Source: the human T2T-CHM13v2.0 reference genome, Homo sapiens. From it: a DNA stretch of 64,000 bases. The notes below the pieces were generated by a model, which was not told the origin of the DNA, searched no databases, and was given only the letters and a program-made list of their open reading frames with translations. Numbering within the stretch: the first letter of the stretch is position 1; each line of letters opens with the position of its first letter. Positions 38,804-51,505 of the stretch are shown piece by piece. The DNA is taken from assembly GCF_009914755.1 (NCBI RefSeq), contig NC_060931.1. The stretch is one strand, 5' to 3'. The translations under genes were made by a program, and so were the position numbers.

Positions 38804-39135
38804 GGGACATGGATGGAGCTGGAAGCCATTATCCTCAGCAAACTAACACAGAAACAGAAAAAAAACAAACACTGCATATTCTCAATTATAAGTGGGAGCT
38901 GAACAATGAGAACACATGGACACAGGGAGGGGAACAACACACACTGGGGCCTGTTGGGGGTTGGAACGGGAGAAAGAGAGCATTAGACAAAATAGCTAAT
39001 GCATACTGGGCTTAATACCTAGGTGATGGGTTGATAGGTGCAGGAAACCACCATGGCACACATTTATCTATGTAAGAAACCTGCACATCCTGCACATGTA
39101 CCTCAGAACTTAAAATAAAAATTCAAATTAAAATA
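38804..39135 (+). mobile_element. L1PA (older, ~L1PA11-13-like) 3' end
   Basis: GGGACATGGATGGAGCTGGAAGCCATTATCCTCAGCAAAC...AACCTGCACATCCTGCACATGTACC..AGAACTTAAAATAAAA. Confidence 0.9.
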
Positions 39136-39261
39136 ATTCATACTGTTCAAAGCTAAACTGTTAGCTTACCCCTGTATGGTCTGCTCTCCCAACAGCCTTT
39201 CCGCCCCAGTCGATGGCCACTCCATTCTGCCAGTTGCTCAAATCAGAATATGATGAGTTAC

Positions 39262-39602
39262 TTTTTTTTATTGAGGTGAAATTCACAGAACATTAAATTC
39301 ACCATTTTAATTAAAGTGTACAACCCAGTGGCTTTTAGTACATTCATAATGTCGTGCAAGCATCACCACTATCTAACTCCAGAACTTTTTCATCACTCCA
39401 AAAACTAATCCCTTTACCCATTAGCAATCATTTTGTGTTCTGTTCATCCCCCTGGCCATGGCAAGCACTAATCTATTTTCCATAGCCATAGATTTGCCTA
39501 TTTTGAACATTTCATATAAATGGAATTATATAATGTGTGGCCTTTTGTGTCTGGCTTCTTTCACTTAGTATCATATTTTCAGTGTTCATCTATATTGTAG
39601 AG
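39262..39602 (-). mobile_element. L1MB-type 3' end
   Basis: TTTTATTGAGGTGAAATTCACAGAACATTAAATTCACCATTTT...CATTTCATATAAATGGAAT. Confidence 0.85.
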
Positions 39603-39749
39603 CAAGAGTATTTTTCACTTCTCTCTCTTAACATCTCACATCCAATCCAACAAGAAATTCTATTAGATTTACCTTCAAAATGTATCTGGAATCTGAGCCC
39701 TTCTCAGTTCCTCTGCTGTGACCACCCTGGTGTGAGGTATTACCATATC

Positions 39750-40213
39750 TTTTTAAAATTTTTAACTTTTTTTTAGAATCAGGGGGTACATATGCAAGTT
39801 TGTCACATGGTGTATTGGTTTGTTTTCATGCTGCTGATAGAGACATACCTGAGACTCGGTAATTTATGAAGAAAAAAGAGATTTGACTCACAGTTTCACA
39901 TGGTTGGGGGGCCTCACAATCATGGCGGAAGGTAAAAGGCACGTTTTACATGGCAGCAGACAACAGAGAATGAGAACCAAGCAAAAGGGAAAACCCCTTA
40001 TAAAATCATGGGATCTCGTGAGACTTATTCACTACCACGAGAACAGTATGGGGGAAACCACCCCCATGATTCAATTATCTCCCACTGGGTCCCTCCCACA
40101 ACATGTGGGAATTATGGGAGCTACAATTCAAGATGAGATTTGGGTGGGGACACAACCAAATCATATCACATTGGTACATTACCTGATGCTGAGGTTTGGA
40201 GTATGATTGATCT
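39750..40213 (-). mobile_element. short L1PB-type 3' end split by THE1B
   Basis: TTAGAATCAGGGGGTACATATGCAAGTTTGTCACATGG / GTACATTACCTGATGCTGAGGTTTGGAGTATGATTGATC. Confidence 0.75.
39811..40168 (-). mobile_element. THE1B solo LTR
   Basis: TGTATTGGTTTGTTTTCATGCTGCTGATAGAGACATACC...CCAAATCATATCA; TSD CATGG/CATTG. Confidence 0.92.
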
Positions 40214-40929
40214 TTCTGCATTGTAACCACAGCTTCCTACCTGTCTCCCTGACTTCAGCCTCATCTCCCTGCAGTGGATTCCCAACACAGCAGTCAATCC
40301 AAGTCAGCTCATGCTGCTCATCTGCTCCAAACCCCACCGGGGCTCCCCATTTCATTCAGAGTAAAAGCCAGAGTCTCTACTGTGTCCTAAAAAGCCCTGG
40401 GAACCCTCATCACTTTCCAAAAAGTTGATTTAAGTAGCATCTTCTGCTCAGACTGACCTCTTCTTGTCCTTGCTCACTGAACCACACAGGTTTTCCTGCT
40501 GCTCCTGCAATGCACCATTGTCCTCTCCTAAGGATTTTGCTTTTCCTTCTGCCCAGAATGCTACCCATTCACCCACTTCAGTCTCTGGCTCGTGGGTCAC
40601 CTACTCAGTGGGATACACTGACCTCCTTCTTCCACATTTGAAATTGCACCAATATCCTCCTCCCACTCCAGCATCCCAGTCTTCCTTACCTTGCTCCTGT
40701 AAACTTTTCTAAAATGTGTACCACTCTCTAACTTGGAGTATTATTTATTTCTTTGTTTCTTCAGTGTATATCTCCCATCAGCATGTGAACTCTATAAGAG
40801 TGGAAACCTTTGTCTCTTTTTTACTGATGTATCCCAAGTGGATAGAACAATGCTTGGCACATAGTAGCTGCCCAACAATAGATGATGACTTGACTAAATC
40901 AATAATGGTAATATGATATAGTATTTGTA

Positions 40930-41170
40930 TAACTAACTACCATTTATTACCTTTTTTATGTACCAGGGACTGAGTTTATGTCTATACTTACATGATTTAT
41001 CTCATTTAATCCTCACCAATAACTCTGTGGGACAGATGGTCACTTCTCTCACTTCTAGATGAGAAAACAAAAGTTAGGTCAAGTAACTTGTCCAAGATTT
41101 CATTGCTCATAAAAACTCAGAGCTGCTGGACTTTGAATCTGTGGTCTTAACAGCAACTTTGAACTACTAG
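40930..41170 (-). mobile_element. MIR
   Basis: TTATCTCATTTAATCCTCACCAATAACTCTGTG...GGTCAAGTAACTTGTCCAAG. Confidence 0.8.
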
Positions 41171-41297
41171 AGAAGTAGGAAGAGTGGGTTATTGAAGGGC
41201 ACTGTGTTATCTAACTTTCTTCTGAAGTACAGTAAGAAGAGAGTTGGAAAAATCTTCAGCAGAGGTGTGACAGAAAATACTTATGTTTTACATAGAG

Positions 41298-41776
41298 TGT
41301 GGTAGACTACATCATGTCCCCCCTCAAAAATGATCACACTGTCATCCCCAGAACCCTTGAATATGTGACTTAATGTGGTGAGAGAGGTTTTGCAGATGTG
41401 ATTAAGCCAAGGATCCTGAGATACGGCGATTACCCTGGTTTATCCAAGTGGCCCAGTATAATCCTAAGAGGGAGGCAGGAGGGTCTGAGTGGGAAAGAGA
41501 AGACTTAAGAACAAAAGCAGAGGTTGCAGTAGCATGCTTTGGGTGAAGGAGCCATGAGCTCAGGAATGTGAGTAGCCTCTAGAAGCTGAAAAAGGTCAAG
41601 AAACTTGCTTTCCCTTAGAACCTCCAGAAAAAGTGCAGCCCTGCTAACACCTTGATTTTTGCCCCTGAAGCTGATTTTGGGTTTCTGACTTCCAGAACTG
41701 GAAGATAATAAATTAAGTTGTTTTAAGCCACTACATTTGTGGTAATTTGTTATAGCAGCCATAGGAAACTAATACA
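41298..41776 (+). mobile_element. MLT1D solo LTR
   Basis: TGTGGTAGAC...TTTGCAGATGTGATTAAG...TGTGGTAATTTGTTATAGCAGCCATAGGAAACTAATACA. Confidence 0.9.
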
Positions 41777-44177
41777 TGGACCACTCCCATTTATTAATTG
41801 AGAATTAATTGAGAATTGATAAAGATGAGGTTTATCCCCAAACCAAGGATTAGATGACTTATGATGTGCAACTGCAGTTATTTATCTTCATTTAGTCACT
41901 CTTTGTGCGTCTATATCAAGTCTCTCCTACGTGCTAAGGATACAAAGATGAATTAGACATGTTCCCTGTGCTGTCAAGGGGCCGGAATAGTTTCAGATGT
42001 TTGTGCCCCGATCAGTACCCATTAATGAATTAGCTGTAGGAACTGGGTTATTTTAAAATGTGTTGAACTAGAAGACGCTAAGTTTGCACCGGCCCATTTT
42101 TTGAAGGCAGTTTTACCCCCCATGTGATTCCTAACTCCCCTTCCCTGATGGGCCCGGGTTCACAGCGGAATGTGCAGAGCCTGGTTCTTCAAACCGCCTC
42201 TCACCTCTAGATTTTCTGACTGCCTCTCTGATCACCACTCAGATCACCACTTGGCCACTTTAGGCCAAGAAGAGCTGATAACACCACTTTTAACAAAACT
42301 GAACTATACCCATTGCATCTGCAGCTGCTCATACAAGCTTTGAAAAGTTAGGCCAGATAGAAAAGCCCTCCAGGAAAGAACTTATTTGGAAGAAATTTCA
42401 GGCTGGTGTTACTTTATAGGAAGGGAAAAATGTCAGAGGAGGAAACCTGTGAACCCATTTAACACAACTGGCTTCAGGTGTAATGTTTCAAGTGAACTGA
42501 GAGCGATTGTGGCAAGGTCTTTGGGTCCAACATCTAATGTTAAAAAAGAAAAGAGAAGGAATGAAAGTCTGTCTTTCAGCATGAGCAAGGCTCTTTTAAA
42601 AATAATAAAACAGTTTGAGGAGGTGGCTATGACAAGACTGTGACACATAATTTAGCAGGTCTTCAAAGCAATAACAGAGAGGGCAAGCTATGGTGATTAA
42701 CAGCAGAAGCAGGGAAAGCAGGAATGGTGTGAGGAGGAAGGAAGCTTGACAGCACAAAGCTTAGGGGAATGGGGTGGTGTAGGAGTGAAGGATGAGGTTG
42801 TGATGGATAGGACTCTAGAATGCTGAAAGATAGGATGAGGTTTAGATAGCCTACAAGGCATGGAATGCCACTGAAAGATTTTACAATTTTTATCCATTAC
42901 GTTGCATTTGGCTTAATGCATCCACAACTTGATTCCATGTGCCAGCTATTCAGAGTCAGAAGAGAAATTCTTTTCATCCGTCTCCGGATTTAAATGGTAA
43001 GGGAACATGAGTCATCTTCCTCATGGCCCATGGAAGAAGCACGTTTCATACTGCATTCTCACCACTGTATAGATCCCCCTCCAACAAAAACTGTTTTCTT
43101 CAGAAAGAGAAACAAAACAAGAGTTCATCTCCTCCCTGGACAGACAGAGTCTGGCTCAGTAAGAGTGGCTTGTAGAGCTCAGGACAGTGGTACTAAAGGT
43201 TAGGAGGGGCCACCAGAGTTTGATGGGAGGGTAGGGGGGTGATGGTGCCAAGGGGCTTCGCTCTCCATCTTTTGGTTGTACATCTACCCTTGACATCATC
43301 CCCCATGGAGCAGGAGGGGGGTTCATCTGCACTGCAATGGGCTAGTGCATTCAATAATAATAGCTGTCTTTTCTTCTCCCAAGGTGATCTGGGGCTGGAT
43401 CATATAGCCCCAGAATTATGTACATATAGAACCAAACAGATGAGAGGTGATGGGAATTTTTTTTTCTTAAGTACTTGGAGTTTTTCTGATAAAAATCCCA
43501 TCAAATAAGAAAGTAATTCTTCTTTCTTTTGCATTCTGAAGACTGTCACCAAATTAGGACTAAGTTGGACTCACATTGTCCTGGGATCCTGGGACACCTC
43601 CCTGAACTTCTTCCCATTGAGGTCTTGAATTTGAATGCAAGGTGGCTCAAGAGGACACGTGAAGACAGTACTTTGGAAGGCAGTTAATTCAGGGCTGCCA
43701 GAAGTCTCGCCATGTGCTAAGCCACTCAGGGATAGGAACCCAATAAAGGCAACTTTTCCCCTCTTGGCAGCATTTATAGTTGATAAGGAGTTAACCTAAG
43801 TTTGTTTGTTGCCTCCCGACCCAGTCCCAACTCGTGAAAGAATTTAGTTTCACAAAAGCAAATTTAGAGAAAACAGAGTTGTGTTAATAAAATAACAGTC
43901 CCTTTAGACTTGGGTCATCTTGAGGATTCAATTTCAAGAGTGCTTTGTTGTAAACACATTTCTAAGATTTCCTAATGCCAGCTGATAGAGTCCTTGTGGG
44001 AGAAACCAAATGTGCCCAAATGAAATAGCAGTAAATGCCATAGAGAAACTCTCATAGGAGAGAAACTACTGCAAAAAGATACACACTTTTTTTTTCCAGC
44101 AGCTTTGTCCAGAGATTCAGCAAAGCTAGTTTGAAATAAAGGAAGACAAAATTTAAACAGTCATACTTTTGGCTTAA

Positions 44178-44684
<507 letters not shown>

Positions 44685-45452
44685 TAAGCATGGCCTCTTT
44701 TGTCAAGGATTTCAGTCTGTTGAATGAGCCATGTCAGGAACACAAAATGTTGGGGAGTTCAGGTAAAGGCAGACAATTCATTCTGGTAGTGGGGAGCAGA
44801 GGAAGGGTTCCCAGAAAAGGATCCAGAGAAGACCACACCAGGGCTAACTCAAATACTCTGAATGGTACATAAATCAGATAAAATAAGCCCTAAACCTTAG
44901 TACCCAGTGGGAAACATTTGTCTGTCTTACTAAGCAAGATATTGTAACTCAAACAGAAATGTGTTTGAATGTTATTTCATTGGTTCCCCAACCCCAATCC
45001 TGTGTCTTCCTCCTTTTAGTTCAGAGAGTTAGATACCCACTAATAACAGGTTAGGCATCTCAAGAGTCAGGGTGCCATCTTGTAATTCATGACTACAGTG
45101 GTTTGAGAGTTTATTTGCTTAGGGGAAAAAATTTGCAAGGTGATTATAGACACAATACTACCTATTTGTGTAAGAATCTTAGAAAGTGTGTTAATGGGCA
45201 TGACAGTATTTGGCTAATACTCAACTCATCCTTTCAGTGGCTAGAGCCAACTTTTCTAGGCAACATTGCAGAGCCATACCCACCATTATGGGTTGAAGTG
45301 TGTCTCCCTCAACTTTGTATGTTAGAGTCCTTATCTTATCCCAAAACATGACTTTATTTGGGTCATTGCAGATGTAATCAGTTGAGGTCTTACTGGAGTA
45401 GGGTGGGCTCCTGATCCAATATGACCTCTATCCTTATAGCAAGGTGAAATTT

Positions 45453-45569
45453 TAGCTGAGTGCAGTGGTGTGCACCTGTAGTCCCAGCAACTTGGGAGAC
45501 TGAGGTGGGAGGATCACTTGAACCAGAGTCCAAGACCAGCCTGGGCAACAGAGTGAGACCTGTCTCAAG
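45453..45569 (+). mobile_element. FLAM_A-like Alu monomer
   Basis: GCTGAGTGCAGTGGTGTGCACCTGTAGTCCCAGC...CCAGCCTGGGCAACAGAGTGAGACC. Confidence 0.8.
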
Positions 45570-45571
<2 letters not shown>

Positions 45572-45615
<44 letters not shown>

Positions 45616-45770
45616 CATATATATGATAGATATCTATATCTCTATATATCTATATCTGTCATATATATCATATATCTATCACATCTATCATATATGTCAT
45701 ATATCTATCATATACATATATATCATATATATGATATATATGTATGATATGATGTGATTTCATATCATAT
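45572..45770. repeat. (TA)20 followed by a degenerate TA-rich tract
   Basis: counted directly: 45572-45611 is pure TA. Confidence 0.95.
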
Positions 45771-46923
45771 GAAATCTGGACAAAGACGCTCATAGAGGGA
45801 AGGCAATGTGAAGAGACACAGGAAGAAAAGGCCACCTACAAGCCAAGGAGAAAGGCCTGGGACAGATCCTTCCCTGAGGACCCTTAGGGTCCTTAGAAGG
45901 AATCAACCCTGAGGACACACTAAGTTCAGACTTCTAGTCTCCAGAACTGCAAGGCAGCACATTTCTCTTGTTTAAGCCACCAATTTGTGGTACTTTGTTA
46001 CAGCAGCCCTAGAAAACTAATATACTGACATCGTGGCTTCAGTAGAGGGAATGGGTCTATGGAAGCGTCGCTTCATTCTATGAGAGCTGCTCACTTTCCA
46101 CCATGCTGCCGGGAGGGGCCTCGAGACTTTTCCCCAGAGATGCCTAACATGGGCTGTGAATGCATATGGCCCAACATGGGGACCTTTTATTTTTTAAAAA
46201 TTGTATTGGAAGAGAGTAAGAACTTGCAGATTAGCTTTCTTTTATTTTGTGGAATGCTGGACAGGGAAGAAAAAGAGAAAGAAACAGCCCCAGGGCACTT
46301 TAATAATACTTACTTTTAACCAGCAGTTAAAATAATTCACAGGTTATTGGTGGGTTATTTTTAAGGAGAGAAGGTATTTTTGAGAATTTCCTTTTCAAAT
46401 CACCAAAAAACCCAAATAACCCCCCAAATCTTGACTTTATTTTCTCGAAGATTTAGTACCACTCTCTGATGTTTATCTCAACTCCCTCACTTATTTTTTT
46501 AGTTTCTCTGAATTTCGCCTTTAATGATCAGTATTCTTTAATTTCATTCTTGTTTCTGGATACCCAAGAGGCACAGAATTTACTTTCCCTTATTGGCAAA
46601 GTCATGCATATTTTTCTAAGGGACAGATTATAATAGGATTCTGCTTTTTATTTTATGATGTGATAAGCTATTGTTAGTAAAGACTATGCATCCTATAATC
46701 TGAATTTTGAATATGACCTATTAGGAACTAAAAAGGAAAAGAAATATGGTGTCTAGATTGAGTATTGGACTTGGAATAGGAAACTCTGAGTTCAAGTGCA
46801 AGCCCTGATACTTCCTACCTTTGAAACTGTAAACTAATCACATAATATCACTGAACGCTGTTCAAAGCTACAACATGGTAGTCTCCTCCATGTATTGATT
46901 CTGAGAATTAAAATTAAATGATG

Positions 46924-47234
<311 letters not shown>

Positions 47235-47459
47235 TTAAAATAGCTGGCATGCTCACACCTAGGTACACGCTAAATATATTAATAGCTACTGGGAATTTGT
47301 TCAACTGAGAGCTTCGTTGGAGCAATAAACGGATGTTATTTGCATTCTCGTTGTTCTGTTTTTAAACAGCATGTTCCTCCTTAAACTTGAAAACTGCTTA
47401 AAATTAAGTTAAAAAGACCTAACCCATATATATTTTCTAAAGCGTCTTGTTTCAGGAAG

Positions 47460-47705
47460 TCATTTAATATTTACTGAAGGTTTACTATGTACCAGAAAGA
47501 GTTTATTATCTATTATCTCATTTGGTCCTTATCACAACTTAAAGAGAGAGACAGCATCATTATTCTCATGATGAAACTGAAACGTAGAGAATAAAGCTAA
47601 GTGCAAAGTTCCCAGCCGGAAAAGGGAGAACTTGCTAGGAAAATTCAAACCAGGGTGGTATGATGCTGAGACCAAGCTTTAAACCTCTGCACCAGGTTGC
47701 CTCCC
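47460..47705 (-). mobile_element. MIR
   Basis: ATTTACTGAAGGTTTACTATGTACCAG...TATTATCTCATTTGGTCCT...ATGAAACTGA. Confidence 0.65.
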
Positions 47706-49914
47706 TATAGTAGAAAAATTATCCAAACCAACACTCCCTTCTCACTGTGTAGAGGATGGCCTATGGGTAGAATTTTTTCTTTTTATTGAAAGCGATAACC
47801 AGTGGAAAGGTTTAGATTTATTATTACTGCAGCATAAAGAATGAAGGAATCTCAGAGATCACTGCTGTCTTTAATCTCCTCTTGGAAGAAAAACCTTGGA
47901 AAAGGATAAATGAAAGTGAACTATGCCCAGCCTTGGGCGAGAAATGGTTTCCCACATCTGAGATGACTCACATCTTAACCCTTTTACTCCAGTTTCTCTC
48001 TTCGTATGTATCCTGTGATACGCTCTCTGGAAGATGGCTCTGTAGTAAATACCGGACCAACGCACGCAGGCATTATCCATTTTAGAAGAGACATGCACTC
48101 TGCTTTTAAGTGGTCCCTTTCCCCAAGCTTCCCATATTTCTTTTCCCCTGAGAATACATCGTCTACCATGAAGTTGTTCAGGAAGCAGACCCATTTCACA
48201 CAATAAAAACGGCAGGTTGATTTTGTGGATTTTTGCTACACCGGCTACAATCATTGATCCTAGGTATTCGGGACTCCTATGAAATCCTTTTGGTACTATG
48301 GCAGTGTTTAAGTGACACCAGTTTTGTAAAGTGGCATATGCAGGGTTGATCCCTGCCTGATAATTAGGAGCTTGCTCTCTTGATTTTGTCCCATCAATAT
48401 TGTTCATTTTGCCTCAGATACGTTTTTCTCCCTAAGATCATCTCCACAAACCCCAGTGCTGAGAAGAATGAATCCCAGTAAGACCTAATAAATCTGACAG
48501 AAGAATGTGGGGTTAGAGATCCACACAGACCATGAGGACTGTCGCATTAAAGGCTCCTGGGGATTTTTTTTACGACCTTTTTTTTCGTCCTTCTAATGCT
48601 TGGTCTCTTGCTTCCATAAATTGTGCAGCCTGGCTTTTCATTAACTCAGAGAGCTGAAATAATTCTTTGTAAAGAATTCTTTAGTCACACATGATTCAAA
48701 AGTTCACCAAGATCAAAGCCAGCCTGTTTTGTGGCGGGCCCAGCACCGTATATTTCATGTAAATGGTGTGGCTTGGTGCATTCTCAGCTGGAGTTCTTCC
48801 AATTTCACATCCTTTCTGCAGATAATGGGACCCTCTGATACTGTCCCCGGCACAAGGGGCTGCTCTGTGCCTGATCCCATCTCCCTTAGAAGCCTGTACA
48901 GATGCTGTCTGTATGGGCCAGTGAAGTCATTCTGACATCCCCCTCAATATTATCTGAAATTTTATGAAGCATGGGAGTCATTCTTGGCCCTAGGGGGTCT
49001 GGGATGGTGGGACGGGGGAACTGGTGAGTGGAGCACAGAAATGCTTCATTGTTCAATTTTTCTCTGTCTCTCTTATTTTTCCTTCAGGAGAGTGGGATGT
49101 ATTAAAGAGGCCCAAAGGTGAGATTAAAGTAAACCAAGAACAACAAGAACAGACAGTCTTCCTTCTTGTGGCTATTGCTTTCTTGTTCTTAGTCTGTCTT
49201 ATGTCCTTACATTTTTCATTTAAGATATACGGGCCCAAGAGGAAATGATGTGTGAGAGACGTGGGAGAAAGAGCTTGACAGTCAAGCTGTAACAATAACA
49301 GCTCTGGAATAATAGAGGGCCTTTCAAGGGGCTGGCTACTTCCATCACCCACCCACCCCCTCCCCAAGCATGGGCAGGAGCACAGAGCCATTAAGAGACG
49401 TGCCACACACACAGGCGGAAGCAGAATAGAAAGGCATGAAGGAAAGTAAATTCTTCATGATGCAGAGAGGGAGAAGGCTGTCTGGCAGGTGTGCCCCAGA
49501 GGCTCTTGGTGACTGTTTTCTGTGTGCCTGTTGGTCACTGTATTGATTGACTGATGGCCTTCTAAGTCAGTTTCAAGATGAGGCCATGGGATGCATGAGT
49601 ACCTTGTCCCATGGGTGGTTGGCCATGGCTATGATGTCTGGGCTTGGAGAAGGCCCAGAGGTGGAGGACAAAGATGAGAAATGACTGAGAGGCAAGGGAT
49701 GTACCTGAGACAAGGAGAGAGAGCACTCAAGGAGGAGAGGTGGGAAGTCTCCAGTTTTCTGCAAGTAACATGGGCATCGCCACTTAGCACATCTCAGGGT
49801 GTTGAGTGCAATTGGCAGTTCTGGTTCCATTTGGTAATCTGGGTAATTTCCCAAAGACTTCATCAGTCCAGGTAACACGACCTTTCCATTCTACCACAAA
49901 ATTCAAACCCTAAC

Positions 49915-50090
49915 AAAAAAGTCAGATTCTGGTTTAGCCCTTCCTCCATCTTTCCTGACCTGGGGCTGATTGTGTAACACCTTCCTGCCTTAGCTTTCCT
50001 ATCTCCATTGTGCAGATATAGTAGTTGCCTTAGCTTATTTCATCAAGATGTTAATGAATGCAATAATATAGGAAGTTATTCAAACTTGTA
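49915..50090 (+). mobile_element. MIR (degraded)
   Basis: TGCCTTAGCTTTCCTATCTCCATTGTGCAGATATAG. Confidence 0.5.
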
Positions 50091-51011
50091 GAAAAACGCT
50101 GTGTTTGCCAACATGGTGGAAATACTGACAATGAAATTTGATGAACAAAGACTGGTTTTCTGTTACTCTCAACGTTAGCTCATACATCACGGAAGTTGCA
50201 AGTCAGCCACCGCTCCCTCTTCTGTAAGGAGCAAAGTATATTTTCAAACATGGAAGCATCTGGTTAAATATTAAATAGAAGAGTCATTCTTCTGAGGTCT
50301 CGCATTGACAGCATTTAGGTGGCAGTTAAGTCAGATGGCCGTTGACTTTGACGGCCATGCATTTATGGTGATGTATAAATAATAACTGACAGCAACCCTG
50401 TGGCAATCTTTCCACCAGTCTTGCCCCTCTTTGCACTTTCTTCAGAGGTTTATGCACACACACACTTTGCCTGACCATCATAATAGCTATTGTCTTCTCC
50501 CCGCCCCATTTCTTTCAACAGATGTGTCCATTTTTAGTTAATGCAAAGGAAATGACAGCTTTTAAAGGTAGTCTTTCACAGTGGGAAAGAGCTGCATTAA
50601 CTGTAAAAACCTTTTAGTTGCACAATTTTTATATTCAGACTCTCCTCCCTAGACATTGCTTCTCCATGTCTGCATTTCCCTTTAAGCTTACTGGTTATTA
50701 GAAGGGATTGCTTTGGGGCTGCAAAGGAGGAGTTCACAGCAGCAGCAGCAACAGCTGAGAAACTTTAGCTCTAGGTTCCTTGGCCAGGGAATAGCAGCAT
50801 TGAAAGCCTTTGACAAAGTAATATTTGTGTGTTCAAAAAACGTTTTATGGAAACGTTTGTTGTGCCAACCTGTGCTTAAAATGCTAATGGTATTTGCCTA
50901 GGCCATCAGCCAAATAAAAACGGATTCATACATGTAAAGTAGAAGGACACTTGAAATAATAACTTACGCTTTCAGATTGTCTCAAAGTGTGATCAGTATG
51001 TGAGTTAACGA

Positions 51012-51505
51012 GACTGGGAGATCCACAGGGCCACTGTGGGGAAAAGCTTCAGCCATGAACTGACCCCAGATGAATCCATCCAGGAGCGAAACCTTGCATG
51101 TTTGCAGTGTGGGAAAATCTCCTGTGACAGTTTTCAACTGGTGTCGCTGTGGGAGAGTCCACACAGGGGCAATGATTCTCAGGTGTTTGGAATGTGGAAA
51201 AAGCTTTCCAGGCAATGGAGAATGTCAGCTCAATGTACCAACTCATGAGTAAGTGAGAAGACCCAAGGATGCAGTTCATGTGGGAAAGATTCTGGAAGGC
51301 GGTTGGTCACCCTGAACCCACCTGGCATGGAAGGCTTCACATATTAGCCAGAGGATGCATCCCACAGGACATATTCAATGGAAAACATTACCATAAAGAC
51401 AAGCCTGCTTCCCTGCCCCCTGCCTTGATGCCTAAGTACTGAGAATGCACAGAGTAACTTGAGAATTCTAAAGCACACTGTAGAAATTTACGAATGTGGG
51501 AAAAC
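51012..51505 (+). pseudogene. decayed tandem C2H2 zinc-finger array (pseudogenic fragment)
   Basis: frameshifted translation CG/KSFS..R*IHPGAKP/CLQCGK..RVHTGAMILRCLECGKSF..SEKTQGCSSCGK..HTVEIYECGK; CGK-type motifs at 51035, 51108, 51193, 51279 (spacing 73/85/86 nt vs canonical 84). Confidence 0.72.

Larger units (their letters stand above)
38250..40880 (+). mobile_element. L2 (L2a-like) 3' region hosting nested insertions
   Basis: CATTTCATTCAGAGTAAAAGCCAGAGTC...TAGAACAATGCTTGGCACATAGTAG 3' end. Confidence 0.75.
45285..46024 (+). mobile_element. MLT1B solo LTR interrupted by a FLAM and a TA-rich tract
   Basis: TTATGGGTTGAAGTGTGTC...TACTGGAGTAGGGTGGGC...TGTGGTACTTTGTTACAGCAGCCCTAGAAAACTAATATA. 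Confidence 0.85.

Noticed and set aside
39883-40206. 107-aa ORF
   Set aside because: Lies almost entirely within the THE1B LTR.
50713-50901. Short poly-Q ORF / CAG run
   Set aside because: Only about six codons in a 62-aa non-ATG ORF.
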